Source: Alphaproteobacteria bacterium (lineage in GTDB: Bacteria; Pseudomonadota; Alphaproteobacteria; MPNO01; UBA830). From it: a stretch of 64,000 bases of DNA. A program made the position numbers and the translations under genes. This document shows, piece by piece, positions 1 through 11,241 of this stretch. The stretch covers positions 1,216,001 to 1,280,000 of the forward strand of contig OZ219791.1 of assembly GCA_964291215.2 (NCBI GenBank), given 5' to 3'. Positions within the stretch are counted from its first letter, which is position 1; every line of letters starts with the position of its first letter. The notes beneath the pieces are model-generated. The model ran no database searches and was not told the origin of the DNA. It saw only the letters and a program-made list of their open reading frames with translations.

Positions 1-432
1 GATTTCTTCTTCGCCTTTCCATTCTTGGGAGCGCGGCTTGAATGAGCACACCAACGGCCTGGTGCGGGAGTACTTCCCGAAGGGCACGGACTTTCGCGCG
101 ACATGCAACGAAGATGTTCAGAAGGTGCGGCTCAACACTCGGAAAGTCCTGGGATCGCCGACGGAGGTAATCTTGAAGTGAAACCGCCCTGACCATCTGC
201 GTTCCAAAGCCGCAACGTGCAGCAGGGTCCATGCCGCGCGACGGCGGAATAGTGGCTTGAAGCCGACAAAGGCGTTGCATAAGCTCGATGTTGAAGGAAC
301 TGAAGCTGTTCCCAGGCGGAATCGAGAGGGGCAGAGGGGAAAAATTTGTGCAACACCCGGCCCTCATCTCCGTTCGGGCTACGCCCTCACTGCGATGAGG
401 GCCGGGTGTTGCACTTCAGACTGGAAGTGGGG
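1..432 (+). mobile_element. IS30-family element, 3' part (degraded), runs off window start
   Basis: Encodes the IS30 transposase C-terminal motif HSWERGLNEHTNGLVREYFPKG. Ends in right IR gtgttgcacttcagactggaagtgggg. Near-identical to 2221..3408, 6242..7436 and 22527..23691. Confidence 0.9.
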
Positions 433-560
433 ACAAAAAAATCAAGCGATTTTATATTTTTTCGCAGGCGCTAGCTAACGCCATCCACACTCCTGACATT
501 CCTATCTTGGCGTTCACCTGACACCGCGGCCCCGCATTCCTGCCGGACCGCGGCGAATAT

Positions 561-2147
561 TCAGCCGTCGCTATCGGCGAACACTTTCCGGTAAATCGCT
601 TCGGTGCGCGCGGCTTCTTCGTCCGTCAGGGCGGCGAATTCCTTTTCTCGTGCTCGGCGGGATAGAGCCCCACTATTCTGGTGCAGGAACCGAAATAGAA
701 GGTCTGACAGCCGCTCGGGCATATCGACGATCAGGTTGAGCTCATTCCGAAACGCATCGTACCGCTTCAGAAATCCGGCTTCGTCCGGCAGGTCGTGCTC
801 GATGGTCCGCTGCACGCAGCCGTAAAGGAATTCCGTTTGAGGCGTGGCATCAAAATACCGGTAGAAATCGCTGGTGTCATTCAGCACCCGAACATTGCCG
901 TCTTCCGTCGGTTCCCAGTTCACGACCGGCAGCAGGCGCTGCGAATAATCTTCAAGCGCGGCGCGGTAGTCGTCGATCCGGTCCAGGATCGTCGCCGATA
1001 CTGGAAAAACTATGCCGGGCGGGTTAAAGCCGCGCTGGGCCAGAACATGATGGATCAGGTACCGGTGCAGCCGGCCGTTGCCGTCTTCGAAAGGATGGAT
1101 ATACACAAAGCCGAAGGCTAGAACCGCCGAGACGACAACCGGATCGAGTTGCTGCGCGGCCTGGCGATCGAAGGCGACTATGCCATCTATGATCCCGGCC
1201 AGATCATCCGGCCGCGCACTGATGTGGTCCGGGATCGGCATGCCCGTTTCACGGTCGCGTTCCCCGACAAAACCGCCTTCCGTCCGCAGGCCTAGATGGA
1301 CGAAGCGGGCATCACCGATCACGATGCGTTGCAGGCGCAGCAGTTCGTCAAGATCGATTGGCTGCCGGCCGGCTTGGCCGATGGCGCGGCCCCAGCGCTG
1401 GATGCGGTCTTGTGGCGGATGCTCGCCTTCGATCGCGAAACTCGACTTCGAATCCTTGACCAGCAGGAAAGCCGCCGTGCGCGCCAGCAGATCGCGCGGC
1501 ACGGCGGCGACGACATCCTGAGCGCGCGTGTGCAGGTCCATGGCGATCAAGCGCTCCAGTGCTTCCGTACGGAACACCAAAGGGCAGAACGCTGGCGTGC
1601 CGGGCAGGTTGTTCTTGACCCGGTGCCGGGACGAGGTCTCTGCGGGGGCCGTATATTGCTGGTCTGGATCGACGATAAGCGCATAGGCCCCGCGATCGGC
1701 GTTCGGCAAATCGAGCTGCGTTCCCATCAGCCATTCATAGAGGAACCAGATGCGCCGGGCGTAGGCGCCAGTGGGCTTGGCCTTGACCAGACCTGCGACG
1801 GGGGCCGGGCCGGTTGCGGCAAACAGCCTCTTCAGTATGGCTAAGTCGAGCCCTTCGTATTTCAGTGCGAAGGTCAGGTGTCCTTCCAGACTCGCTTCCG
1901 GTGCATAGCGCGGTGAGTAGATGCGCCAGCCGCCTTCCTCCAAGAGCCTGTGCCGCTCACCGGTAGCGCATAAGGTGCGTGGGAGCGGCACGGGGAGATC
2001 GTAGCTTCCGATCAGCGCGGCGTAGCCCGCTGGCGTCGCGGTCACGGGGAGGCGCCGTTCATGAAAAACGGTAACGGGACCTGAAAGACGATTCTGGGCA
2101 GAGGCGTCCATGCTTAAACTGTTTTCCATCCTGCGGTGGGGCTGCAC
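561..2147 (-). CDS. Fic family protein (adenylyltransferase)
   Basis: 528-aa ORF with the canonical Fic motif HPFEDGNGRLHR. The true start may be a downstream Met (e.g. MDASAQ near 2111). Confidence 0.9.
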   Translation of the reverse strand: MQPHRRMENSLSMDASAQNRLSGPVTVFHERRLPVTATPAGYAALIGSYDLPVPLPRTLCATGERHRLLEEGGWRIYSPRYAPEASLEGHLTFALKYEGLDLAILKRLFAATGPAPVAGLVKAKPTGAYARRIWFLYEWLMGTQLDLPNADRGAYALIVDPDQQYTAPAETSSRHRVKNNLPGTPAFCPLVFRTEALERLIAMDLHTRAQDVVAAVPRDLLARTAAFLLVKDSKSSFAIEGEHPPQDRIQRWGRAIGQAGRQPIDLDELLRLQRIVIGDARFVHLGLRTEGGFVGERDRETGMPIPDHISARPDDLAGIIDGIVAFDRQAAQQLDPVVVSAVLAFGFVYIHPFEDGNGRLHRYLIHHVLAQRGFNPPGIVFPVSATILDRIDDYRAALEDYSQRLLPVVNWEPTEDGNVRVLNDTSDFYRYFDATPQTEFLYGCVQRTIEHDLPDEAGFLKRYDAFRNELNLIVDMPERLSDLLFRFLHQNSGALSRRAREKEFAALTDEEAARTEAIYRKVFADSDG

Positions 2148-2220
2148 AAGCGCCCGTTTCGTGAAAAATCATACCTTTTGAGGAAAAACGATAACATATT
2201 CTTGAAGTGACGAAAAACAA

Positions 2221-3408
2221 CCCCCGTTCCATAGTGAAGTGCAACACATGATGGGCTGTGGCCATGTGTTTTTAGACGCATGATGTTGCGGAGCTGTCCA
2301 GCAGCGGCGAGAGTTCCTGTACAAGATGGAGGGAGCTTGTTCATGTCCAAAGGCTACCGTCACCTGCGAAGAGCGATGTCAGATTGAGGCAGAAAAGCGG
2401 TCTTTCACAAGGTGCGATTGCTCGGCAGCTGGGCCGATCAACAATTTTCCGGGAGATCAAGCGCAACACCGGGGGACGGGGTTACCGTCACAAGCAGGCG
2501 CAAAGGATGGCAGAAACGCAGGGCAGCCTCGTCTGTTTCCTGGCGGTTGACGCCTCGGGTTGAAGCTCAGAAAAAGCTGCGGGAGGGCCCCGAGCAGCGG
2601 CCGTTTTCGACTGGAAGGCCGTGGGTCGGCAACGGATTCATGATCGCCGAAGATCGGAGAGCCGGGGGCGTCTTGAAGCTTCGGCGGCGCGGCAAGAAGC
2701 CGAACTGGAAGGACGGATGCCATTCCGGCCGGGTGGACATTTCCGAGCGCCCTGCGGAGGCAAAGGAACGGGTCGGCGACTGGGAGCCATCATCGGCAAA
2801 GCTCACAGTGGAGCTGTCGTGTCGCTCGTGCCACGAAATACGCCTTGCTGGGTGGACAGAAAGACACGGTTGGTTCGGTCATGATGCTCGGCTCTGGTGC
2901 GCTATTGGTCCACACAATCACAACGGCAAGGAGTTCGCAGACCACAGGCGTGTCGCACTTGACGCAGATTTCTTCTTCGCCTTTCCATTCTTGGGAGCGC
3001 GGCTTGAATGAGCACACCAACGGCCTGGTGCGGGAGTACTTCCCGAAGGGCACGGACTTTCGCGCGACATGCAACGAAGATGTTCAGAAGGTACAGGATC
3101 GGCTCAACACTCGGAAAGTCCTGGGATCGCCGACGGAGGTAATCTTGAAGTGAAACCGTCCTGACCATCTGCGCCATGTTCCGCAGCCGCAACGTGCAGC
3201 AGGGTCCATGCTGCGCGACGGCGAAATAGTGGCTTGAAGCTGACAAAGGCGTTGCATAAGCTCGATGTTGAAGGAACTGAAGCTGTTCTCAGGCGGAATC
3301 GAGAGGGGCAGAGGGGGAAAATTTGTGCAACATCCGGCCCTCATCTCCGTTCGGGCTACGCCCTCACTGCGATGGGGCCGGATGTTGCACTTCAGACTGG
3401 AAATGGGG
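2221..3408 (+). mobile_element. IS30-family insertion sequence, transposase pseudogene
   Basis: IRL cccccgttccatagtgaagtgcaacac; IRR gatgttgcacttcagactggaaatgggg. Fragmented IS30 motifs (AIARQLGR, RVGDWE, NGKEFA, WERGLNEHTNGLVR) are spread over different frames. Confidence 0.92.
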
Positions 3409-3488
3409 GGAGGAATAGGCCTAGCAAGAGGCTGTTTTGGTATGAAGCAGCCTGCCGGGAGCTTTTTTGCTTTTCCTACGGGCCAGTT

Positions 3489-3537
3489 TGTGACAAAATA
3501 TCGGAAGATAGAGCCTAACGACCGACGTTTTGTCACA
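3489..3537. promoter_or_regulatory. Inverted repeat operator upstream of AbiEi (probable autoregulatory site)
   Basis: tgtgacaaaatatcgg ... ccgacgttttgtcaca lies directly before the ATG at 3537. AbiEi proteins are known to bind promoter inverted repeats. Confidence 0.65.
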
Positions 3538-4163
3538 TGGCCGCTATAGCCGAGATATCACAGAGAGACCAGGCCGTCGAGCTTCTCAAAGAACGCGGCG
3601 CAATGCGTCGCATCGAACTGAGCGACGCCGGTGTCCACCCGGAAACGCTTTCGCGGCTGGTGGAAGAGGGCGTCCTCACCCGCGTCTCCCGCGGCCTCTA
3701 TCAGCTCGCCGACGCCGACATCACGGCACCGCATGACCTGGCCGAGGTCGCGAAACGCGTACCGAAAGGGGTCATCTGCCTCATCTCAGCTCTCCAGTTC
3801 CATGAGCTCACGCTCCAAACGCCGAGCCGAGTCTGGGTTGCCATAGGTCCAAAGGCGCGAAAGCCCAAGATTGAATACCCCCCAACCCGCATCGTGAGAT
3901 TCGGAGAACAGGCGCTTTCGCTCGGCATGCAGACCCACGCTATCGACGGCGTGCCGGTGCCGATCTTCGACCCCGCCAAAACCGTCGTGGACTGTTTTCG
4001 GTTCAGGAAGCTCGTCGGTCTCGACGTTGCCCTTGAGGGCCTCCACAACGTCGTGAAGTCGGGCAAAGCCAAGCCGGCGGAGATCGTTCAATACGCCCGC
4101 GACATCCGAATCTGGTCTGTTCTGCGGCCATATCTTGAAACGGTGGTTGCCGATGGCGCGTAA
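3537..4163 (+). CDS. abiEi: Type IV toxin-antitoxin AbiEi family antitoxin
   Basis: N-terminal wHTH (LSRLVEEGVLTRVSRGLYQL), VICLISALQFHELT and AKTVVDCFR motifs. Overlaps the downstream nucleotidyltransferase gene. Confidence 0.88.
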   Translation: MAAIAEISQRDQAVELLKERGAMRRIELSDAGVHPETLSRLVEEGVLTRVSRGLYQLADADITAPHDLAEVAKRVPKGVICLISALQFHELTLQTPSRVWVAIGPKARKPKIEYPPTRIVRFGEQALSLGMQTHAIDGVPVPIFDPAKTVVDCFRFRKLVGLDVALEGLHNVVKSGKAKPAEIVQYARDIRIWSVLRPYLETVVADGA

Positions 4164-5076
4164 AGTAACGAATATTGCCGCTTCGGTACGCGCGCGGCTT
4201 CAAAACATCGCCAAGCAGAAGCAGGCAAATTTCCAGCGGATGCTTACGCGCTACGCCCTGGAACGGCTTCTCTTCCGCCTAAGCGTCTCACCCCACAAAG
4301 ATCGCTTCGTTCTCAAAGGCGCCATGCTTTATGCCGCTTGGCTCGAAGACCCATTCCGAATGACGCGCGACCTAGACCTTCTTTCCTTTGGCAATCGCGA
4401 AGCCGAGCGCCTTGTCGGGATCTTCCGCGAGATTTGCGTTCAAGCGGTTGAAGAAGACGGGCTGAGCTTCGATACTGTGCACATTGCCGCGGAGCCAATT
4501 CGCGACGATCAAACCTATGGAGGCGTTCGGTTGCGAACATCGGCGCGCCTCGGCACCGCCGTCATCCCGATCCAGATCGATATCGGTTTTGGCGATGTCG
4601 TGACACCTGGTCCATCGGAGCTCGAATATCCGGTTCTTCTCGACCATCAGGTCCCCAAGCTCAACGCCTATCCGCGTGAAACGGTGGCTGCCGAGAAGTT
4701 CGAGGCTATGGTCGCGCTCGATCTCGCGAACAGCCGGATGAAAGACTTCTACGACTTTCTTGCGATGTCGCGGCTTTTCACCTTTGAAGGTGCGGTCCTC
4801 GCCGCGGCGATCCGCGCCACATTCGAAAGGCGCACGACGCCGGTCCCACGCGAACGTCCCCCCTCGTTCACCGGCGCCTTTTCGGACGATCCACAAAAGG
4901 CGCAGCAATGGCGATCCTTCCTCGCCCGCGAGCCGCTACTGATCGACGAGCCAGATTGGCCGACAGTCATTCGCGAGATCGGTGACTTTATCATGCCGGC
5001 AGCTCATGGAGCCATTGACGACAGCCACGTGCCGGGCCGTTGGTCTCCAGATGGTGGCTGGAGATCCGCCACATGA
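4153..5076 (+). CDS. abiEii: AbiEii family nucleotidyltransferase toxin
   Basis: FVLKGA, RMTRDLD, AEKFEAM and SRMKDFYD motifs. Start MARKVTN at 4153. Confidence 0.9.
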   Translation: MARKVTNIAASVRARLQNIAKQKQANFQRMLTRYALERLLFRLSVSPHKDRFVLKGAMLYAAWLEDPFRMTRDLDLLSFGNREAERLVGIFREICVQAVEEDGLSFDTVHIAAEPIRDDQTYGGVRLRTSARLGTAVIPIQIDIGFGDVVTPGPSELEYPVLLDHQVPKLNAYPRETVAAEKFEAMVALDLANSRMKDFYDFLAMSRLFTFEGAVLAAAIRATFERRTTPVPRERPPSFTGAFSDDPQKAQQWRSFLAREPLLIDEPDWPTVIREIGDFIMPAAHGAIDDSHVPGRWSPDGGWRSAT

Positions 5077-5144
5077 CAGAGGCCACCCGCGACGCCATCT
5101 TCATTAGCCACGCCAAGCCGAAGGATAATATGTTTACCGCTTAG
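5073..5144 (+). pseudogene. N-terminal remnant of a TIR-domain protein
   Basis: ATGA overlap with the abiEii stop. Reads MTEATRDAIFISHAKPKDNMFTA*, matching the TIR beta-A motif (D-x-F-I-S-H/Y-A). TAG sits where a Trp codon is plausible. Confidence 0.55.
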
Positions 5145-5261
5145 CTGCCGGCGGTGATCGCATTATCAATTGGCAGCGGTCGGCGTGATCCGATTATGCC
5201 ATGTTGCGAAAAAGCTAAGTGACTGCTCTCAGAAGCGTCATATCGGCGAAGACGATCTGGC

Positions 5262-6241
5262 TCACGCCGAACGCGGCAGTTCGGTCTTCGACAGCTTGGT
5301 CAAAGCTGAGTCGATCAAACTCACAGCTTCCTCAACATCCCGATCCGTCGTATCGAAATCGAGACTGAAGCGGATGGAGGATTCTGCCTCATCTACATCC
5401 AGCCCGATGGCCCTCAGTGCATGTGACTGCTCGGGAATCCCGCTTGTGCACGCGGAACCAGTTGATGCCGCCAATCGTGGGTGCAAAGTGCCGAGAATGT
5501 CATGCGCCGAATGCCCGATAAACTGGATATTGGCATTACCCGGATGGCGGGGATGCCCGACAGGACCGTTGACCGCTATCGGCCACGACAGATTGTCCAA
5601 CTTATCGATGAATTCATCACGATGTTTCCGCAGCAGTATGCGCTTTTCTTCTGCAGTCTCGCTGGCGCACATGAGTGCCGCAGCGCCCATTCCAACGCAA
5701 AGCGGCGTTGGCAATGTTCCGGAGCGAAGGCCGTTTTGCTGGCCGCCGCCATAGATAAGCGGCTCGATTTGATCTTGTAAGTTGCGCGAAATGTATATGG
5801 CTCCAACTCCTTTAGGGCCTTACATCTTGTGCGACGATAAGCAGAGATATCCGTGTGTTCTCCAAATGACGTCATTGCCACCGCAATAAGAGATTGCGCA
5901 TAATCACAATAAAAAATGGCTATATTTCTTATAAAAATTCCAGATATTTCCTTAATATTTTTTAATTATCCCGATCTCGTTATTGAATGCCATAATCGAT
6001 ACGGCGAGAACATCATCGCGCATCGCTTGTTCGAAGGCTGAGATCTTTATGAAACCTTCGCGATCGACAGGAATCTTCTCGACTGAGTAGCCGTACTGTT
6101 CCTCAAGGACTCTTCCGGCGGCGAGCACGCACTTATGCTCGGTCGCGCTGATTAAGATGCGGCGGCGCTTGCCTCCAGTCGCACGGCGGCCGAGGCCCAG
6201 CAGGGCGAGATTATTGGCCTCGGTTGCCCCCGAGGTGAAGA
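5262..6241 (-). pseudogene. Cysteine desulfurase (IscS/NifS/DndA-like) pseudogene, 5' end removed by IS30
   Basis: FTSGATEANN, ATEHKCV, NNEIG, SSHKM, GGGQQNGLRSGT and STGSACTS motifs lie in different frames. Frameshifts and stops occur around 5800-5970. Confidence 0.88.
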
Positions 6242-7436
6242 CCCCCGTTCCATAGTGAAGTGCAACACATGATGGGCTGTGTCCATGTGTTTTTAGACGC
6301 ATGATGTTGCGGAGCGGTAGCGGCGAGAGTTCCTGTACAAGATGAAGGGAGCTTGTTCATGTCCAAAGGCTACCGTCACCTACGAAGAGCGATGTCAGAT
6401 TGAGGCAGAAAAGCGGTCTTTCACGAGGTGCGATTGCTCGGCAGCTGGGCCGATCAACAATTTTCCGGGAGATCAAGCGCAACACCGGGGGACGGGGTTA
6501 CCGTCACAAGCAGGCGCAAAGGATGGCAGAAACGCGCCGCAGGGCCGCCTTGTCTGTTTCTTGGCGGTTGACGCCTCGGGCTGAAGCTCAGAAAAAGCTG
6601 CGGGAGGGCCCCGAGCAGCGGCCGTTTTCGACTGGAGGGCCGTGGGTTGGCAACGGATCCATGATCGCCGAAGATCGGAGAGCCGGGGCGTCTTGTGGAA
6701 GAAGCTTCGGCGGCGCGGCAAGAAGCCGAACTGGAAGGGCGGATGCCATTCCGGCCGGGTGGACATTTCCGAGCGCCCTGCGGAGGCAAAGGAACGGATC
6801 GGCGACTGGGAGCCATCATCGGCAAAGCTCACAGTGGAGCTGTCGTGTCGCTCGTGCCACGAAATACGCCTTGCTGGGTGGACAGAAAGACACGGTCAGT
6901 TCGGTCATGATCCGCCTGCTCGGCTCTGGTGCGCTATTGGTCCACACAATCACAACGGCAAGGAGTTCGCAGACCACAGGCGTGTCGCACTTGACGCAGA
7001 TTTCTTCTTCGCCTTTCCATTCTTGGGAGCGCGGCTTGAATGAGCACACCAACGGCCTGGTGCGGGAGTACTTCCCGAAGGGCACGGACTTTCGCGCGAC
7101 ATGCAACGAAGATGTTCAGAAGGTGCAGGATTGGCTCAACACTCGGAAAGTCCCGGGATCGCCGACGGAGGTAATCTTGAAGTGAAACCGCCCTGACCAT
7201 CTGCGTTCCAAAGCCGCAACGTGCAGCAGGGTCCATGCCGCGCGACGGGGAAATAGTGGCTTGAAGCCGACAAAGGCGTTGCATAAGCTCGATGTTGAAG
7301 GAACAGAAGCTGTTCCCAGGCGGAATCGAGAGGGGCAGAAGGGGAAAATTTGTGCAACACCCGGCCCTCATCTCCGTTCGGGCTACGCCCTCACTGCGAT
7401 GAGGGCCGGGTGTTGCACTTCAGACTGGAAGTGGGG
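6242..7436 (+). mobile_element. IS30-family insertion sequence, transposase pseudogene
   Basis: Same IRs and sequence as 2221..3408, with a partly different set of short deletions. Confidence 0.92.
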
Positions 7437-8254
7437 TGTTGTTTTCGTCCGTTTGACGGGCTTTTGTCAGGGAGTTCCAGCGTCACCCGGAGCGGTTTCG
7501 TGCACCGGGATGCGCAGTGAGGCTGGGCGAGTACTGGCGCCATGCCGTGTTTTCCGCATTGATTGCGGTTTTGTCCCGGCGCTGCGGAGGAGGAACTGAG
7601 CGCCATCCTGTGCTGGCCGCGGCCGCGCTTCGATGACGTCCGCTACCCCTTCTTCGACGACCTGCTCGAACGAGGCTTGTCGTTCTCCGCCTCAAGCGCC
7701 CTAACCCGCTCCTTCAGCGCCTTCGTCTCGGCTCTCAGGCAGGCATTCTCCATGCGCAGCGACACTACCGTCGACCGCTTCCGCGCATCAACGCCGATCT
7801 CGGCAAGAAGCCCGCCCAGACGCGCAACCTCCTGCTCCAGCGCAAGAGACTTCTTCGCCGTCCGCCGAACTTCCTTGACCTCCGCACGGGCAGCTGCCAG
7901 CTTCTCACGATTGCTCTCGAAAATCGCCTTCAGGGAATTCGTGCGGCTGCGCTCCTCCACCTCCTGCAAGCGCAACTCCTCACAGCGGCCCTCCGCCGCC
8001 TTCGTGCGGGCTTCAGCAGCCTCGGCTCGAATACGCTCGCGATCGTACCGGGACTTCCAAGTGGCCGAATCACAATACGACGACTGCGGCACATCGCCAG
8101 CGGCGTCCGCACCCGATGATGACACGAAATCCTCGGTGCTCATGACAATACACGACCTGATAGCACAGCCGAATTCCGATTACCACCCCCCTTCTCCGAA
8201 TCACCAAAATAAACCTCAGCGCTGATCGTCATCACCGCACGAACGAACGCTTAC
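7437..8254 (-). mobile_element. Internally deleted IS66-like element (coiled-coil ORF 7643..8143)
   Basis: Ends in GTAAGCGTTCGTTCGTGCGGTGA on the minus strand (IS66-type GTAA terminus). Contains a 166-aa coiled-coil ORF. 7437..7613 repeats 8288..8460. Confidence 0.6.
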
Positions 8255-8262
8255 GCACCCGT

Positions 8263-9102
8263 GTAGGCGTTCGTTCGTGCGGTGAGGTGTTGTTGTTTTC
8301 GTCCGTTTGACGGGCTTTTGTCAGGGAGTTCCAGCGTCATCTGGAGCGGTTTCGTGCACCGGGATGCGCGGTGAGGGGCACTGGCGCCATGCCGTGTTTT
8401 CCGCCTCGGTTGCGGTTTTGTCCCGGCGCTGCGGAGGAGGAGCTGAGCGCGGTCCTGTGCCGGTTGCAAGGGTCTGAGGGTCCGCTTCCAGTCCTTGCGG
8501 AGCGGGCCAGATGTCCTTCTTCGGCTTCTGTCATGTCGGTCGTGGCGGCCGCTGGTTGTTCCGACGCGGGTCCGGCAGACGCCGCGGCGCGGGACCAGGG
8601 TCTCGCAGGGCACGGGCGTGGTGTTGCAGCGCGCGGTCCATGCGGCGGTCGAGAAGCAGCGGCTCGCCGCATGGTAGCGCATCTGCGCGCCGACCAGGCG
8701 CGTGTATCCGAGGTAGTGTCAGCGGGCGACGAACTCGTTCCACAACCGACCTTCCCGGGTGCCCACGATCCGGAAGTCGGCGGGCGGAGCTCGTCGAGGG
8801 TCTTCGGGGCGGCGGCTCGGTATCCGACGTGATCAGCTTCGGGGGCTGGCAGCGGCAGAAGGCGCGGGCGATCGCCAAACGGGTCCGCTCCGTGATCGTC
8901 AGTTCGCACAGCAGCCGCATCTCCGCGACCATGAAGTCGCGCCCTCGACCTCGCCGCTCACGGCGGCGCTGCGAATCTCCGCCGTCTCTCCGGGCTCACG
9001 GCAACCAGGGCGACAGATCGCCGGGCGGCCGTTCTCCGCGCAGGCATCAAGCCAGCGCAGAATGTCGAGGCCGTTCCTCTCGACCGTGAACAGGACCGGG
9101 TG
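8263..9102 (-). mobile_element. Right-end fragment of a second copy of the same IS66-like element
   Basis: Begins gtaggcgttcgttcgtgcggtga, inverted relative to 8232..8254. About 170 bp are shared with 7437..7613. Degraded coding remnants follow. Confidence 0.55.
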
Positions 9103-9495
9103 AGAGTTTCGTATGGCACAGTTGCAGGCTCAGTACCATTTGTTCATCTCACAGTGCCGGGGTGTGATTTGGGCTGATGTTGTCGTTGGCTGGTGCGTCG
9201 TCTGCACCGATCATGGCCGTCCACGCGCTCTCGAAGCGGCCGGATTTGAGCAGGGCGCGGAAGGTGATTGTCCGCCGACGATGCGCCAGCGCATGCCGGA
9301 GCGTTTCATGCGCCGTGTGACGAGGGTCTTGTTTGCCGCCTCGACAATTCCCGAGCCGGTTGCTTCAGCGCGTGGTAGCGCATGCGGTGGCGATGCTTGC
9401 GGAAGAAGGACAATTCCCTGTCGGCCCGTTGGCGCCGCGGTGTCGCGAAGGTGGCGCAGCGCCCGGATCACCCTGTCGATGCCGCGGGGGTCGTG
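9103..9495 (-). mobile_element. ISKra4-family transposase C-terminal fragment
   Basis: GSGIVEAANKTLVTRRMKRSGMRW motif in ORF 9211..9528. Confidence 0.7.
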
Positions 9496-9633
9496 ACAAA
9501 ATCCTGTCCCGAAACGGGCGATTGTCACGAAAACCCGTTTTCGCCGGTGCTTCGCGACCGCACAATCGTCTTAAATCAATGACTTGGATGCGCTATACGA
9601 GAACTGCACCCGAACCAGGGGGTGAGCAGTTAC
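9496..9633 (-). mobile_element. Isolated IS66-type end
   Basis: The minus strand starts GTAACTGCTCACCCCCTGGTTC, identical to the first 22 nt of the elements at 16843 and 28232. Confidence 0.65.
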
Positions 9634-9664
9634 GAACTAGAAAAATACACGGCAAACCGGCAAG

Positions 9665-9943
9665 GTGCGGAACCTGTCAGGTAAGGACCGCGGACCTGAC
9701 GCGCGCAAGAAATTCGGCCCGGACGATCTCGACCGCCGCGCCGGCAGCGTGACGGTACGCATCTCGAACCGCGTCTATGCGGTATCGACAGCGTTCTTCT
9801 GCGGCATGTTCGGCGACCGCTACGAGACCCTCGGGCGCGACGGCCTGGTCGACAAATACAGATTCGACATGCCCGACGAGCTGTGGCCGCAGATCAGGCC
9901 GCCCGCCAGGAGCGGTGCGCCTGCCGGTTCGAGCCGCTCATGA
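9665..9943 (+). CDS. Hypothetical small protein (possibly truncated)
   Basis: 92-aa ORF with host-like codon usage and no recognised motif. Confidence 0.3.
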   Translation: MRNLSGKDRGPDARKKFGPDDLDRRAGSVTVRISNRVYAVSTAFFCGMFGDRYETLGRDGLVDKYRFDMPDELWPQIRPPARSGAPAGSSRS

Positions 9944-10244
9944 CGACAGCTGGCTGAGACGGCCGGACACGCAGTTTCCGCCCGAACCGCCTTCCACGAG
10001 ATCCTCGACTGCCACGCATTTTGGAAGCGCGCCACCCACGCCATCGCTTGAACGCGCCCGACCGCACCGCTATCGTATCTTCGCGGTGCGCTGAGGGAGG
10101 CAGAAAAAAGGATGGCGCCGCGCCGTTCTGGAGCGACCGCTTCGGGCGGGAAGTTGCACTCCATTCCGCAGACGCCCCTTCCAGAGCCCGACTGTTTGTG
10201 GCCTCCTCTTCCGGAAGCCACCACGCGGGAAGCAGGGACAGCAG

Positions 10245-11207
<963 letters not shown>

Positions 11208-11241
11208 CGTGCCGAAGCGGTCGCGAAGAAAAGCCTGGCTG

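Noticed and set aside
132-478. Recurrent small ORFs in the IS30 3' tail (MKPTKALHK..., MLHKF...)
   Set aside because: Their lengths and ends differ between copies and they show no motifs. They recur only because the IS is repeated.
2221-3408. Ordinary long-read homopolymer errors as the sole cause of IS frameshifts
   Set aside because: The lesions are multi-base deletions between microhomologies rather than homopolymer length changes, and adjacent genes are clean. A repeat-specific assembly artefact still cannot be excluded without reads.
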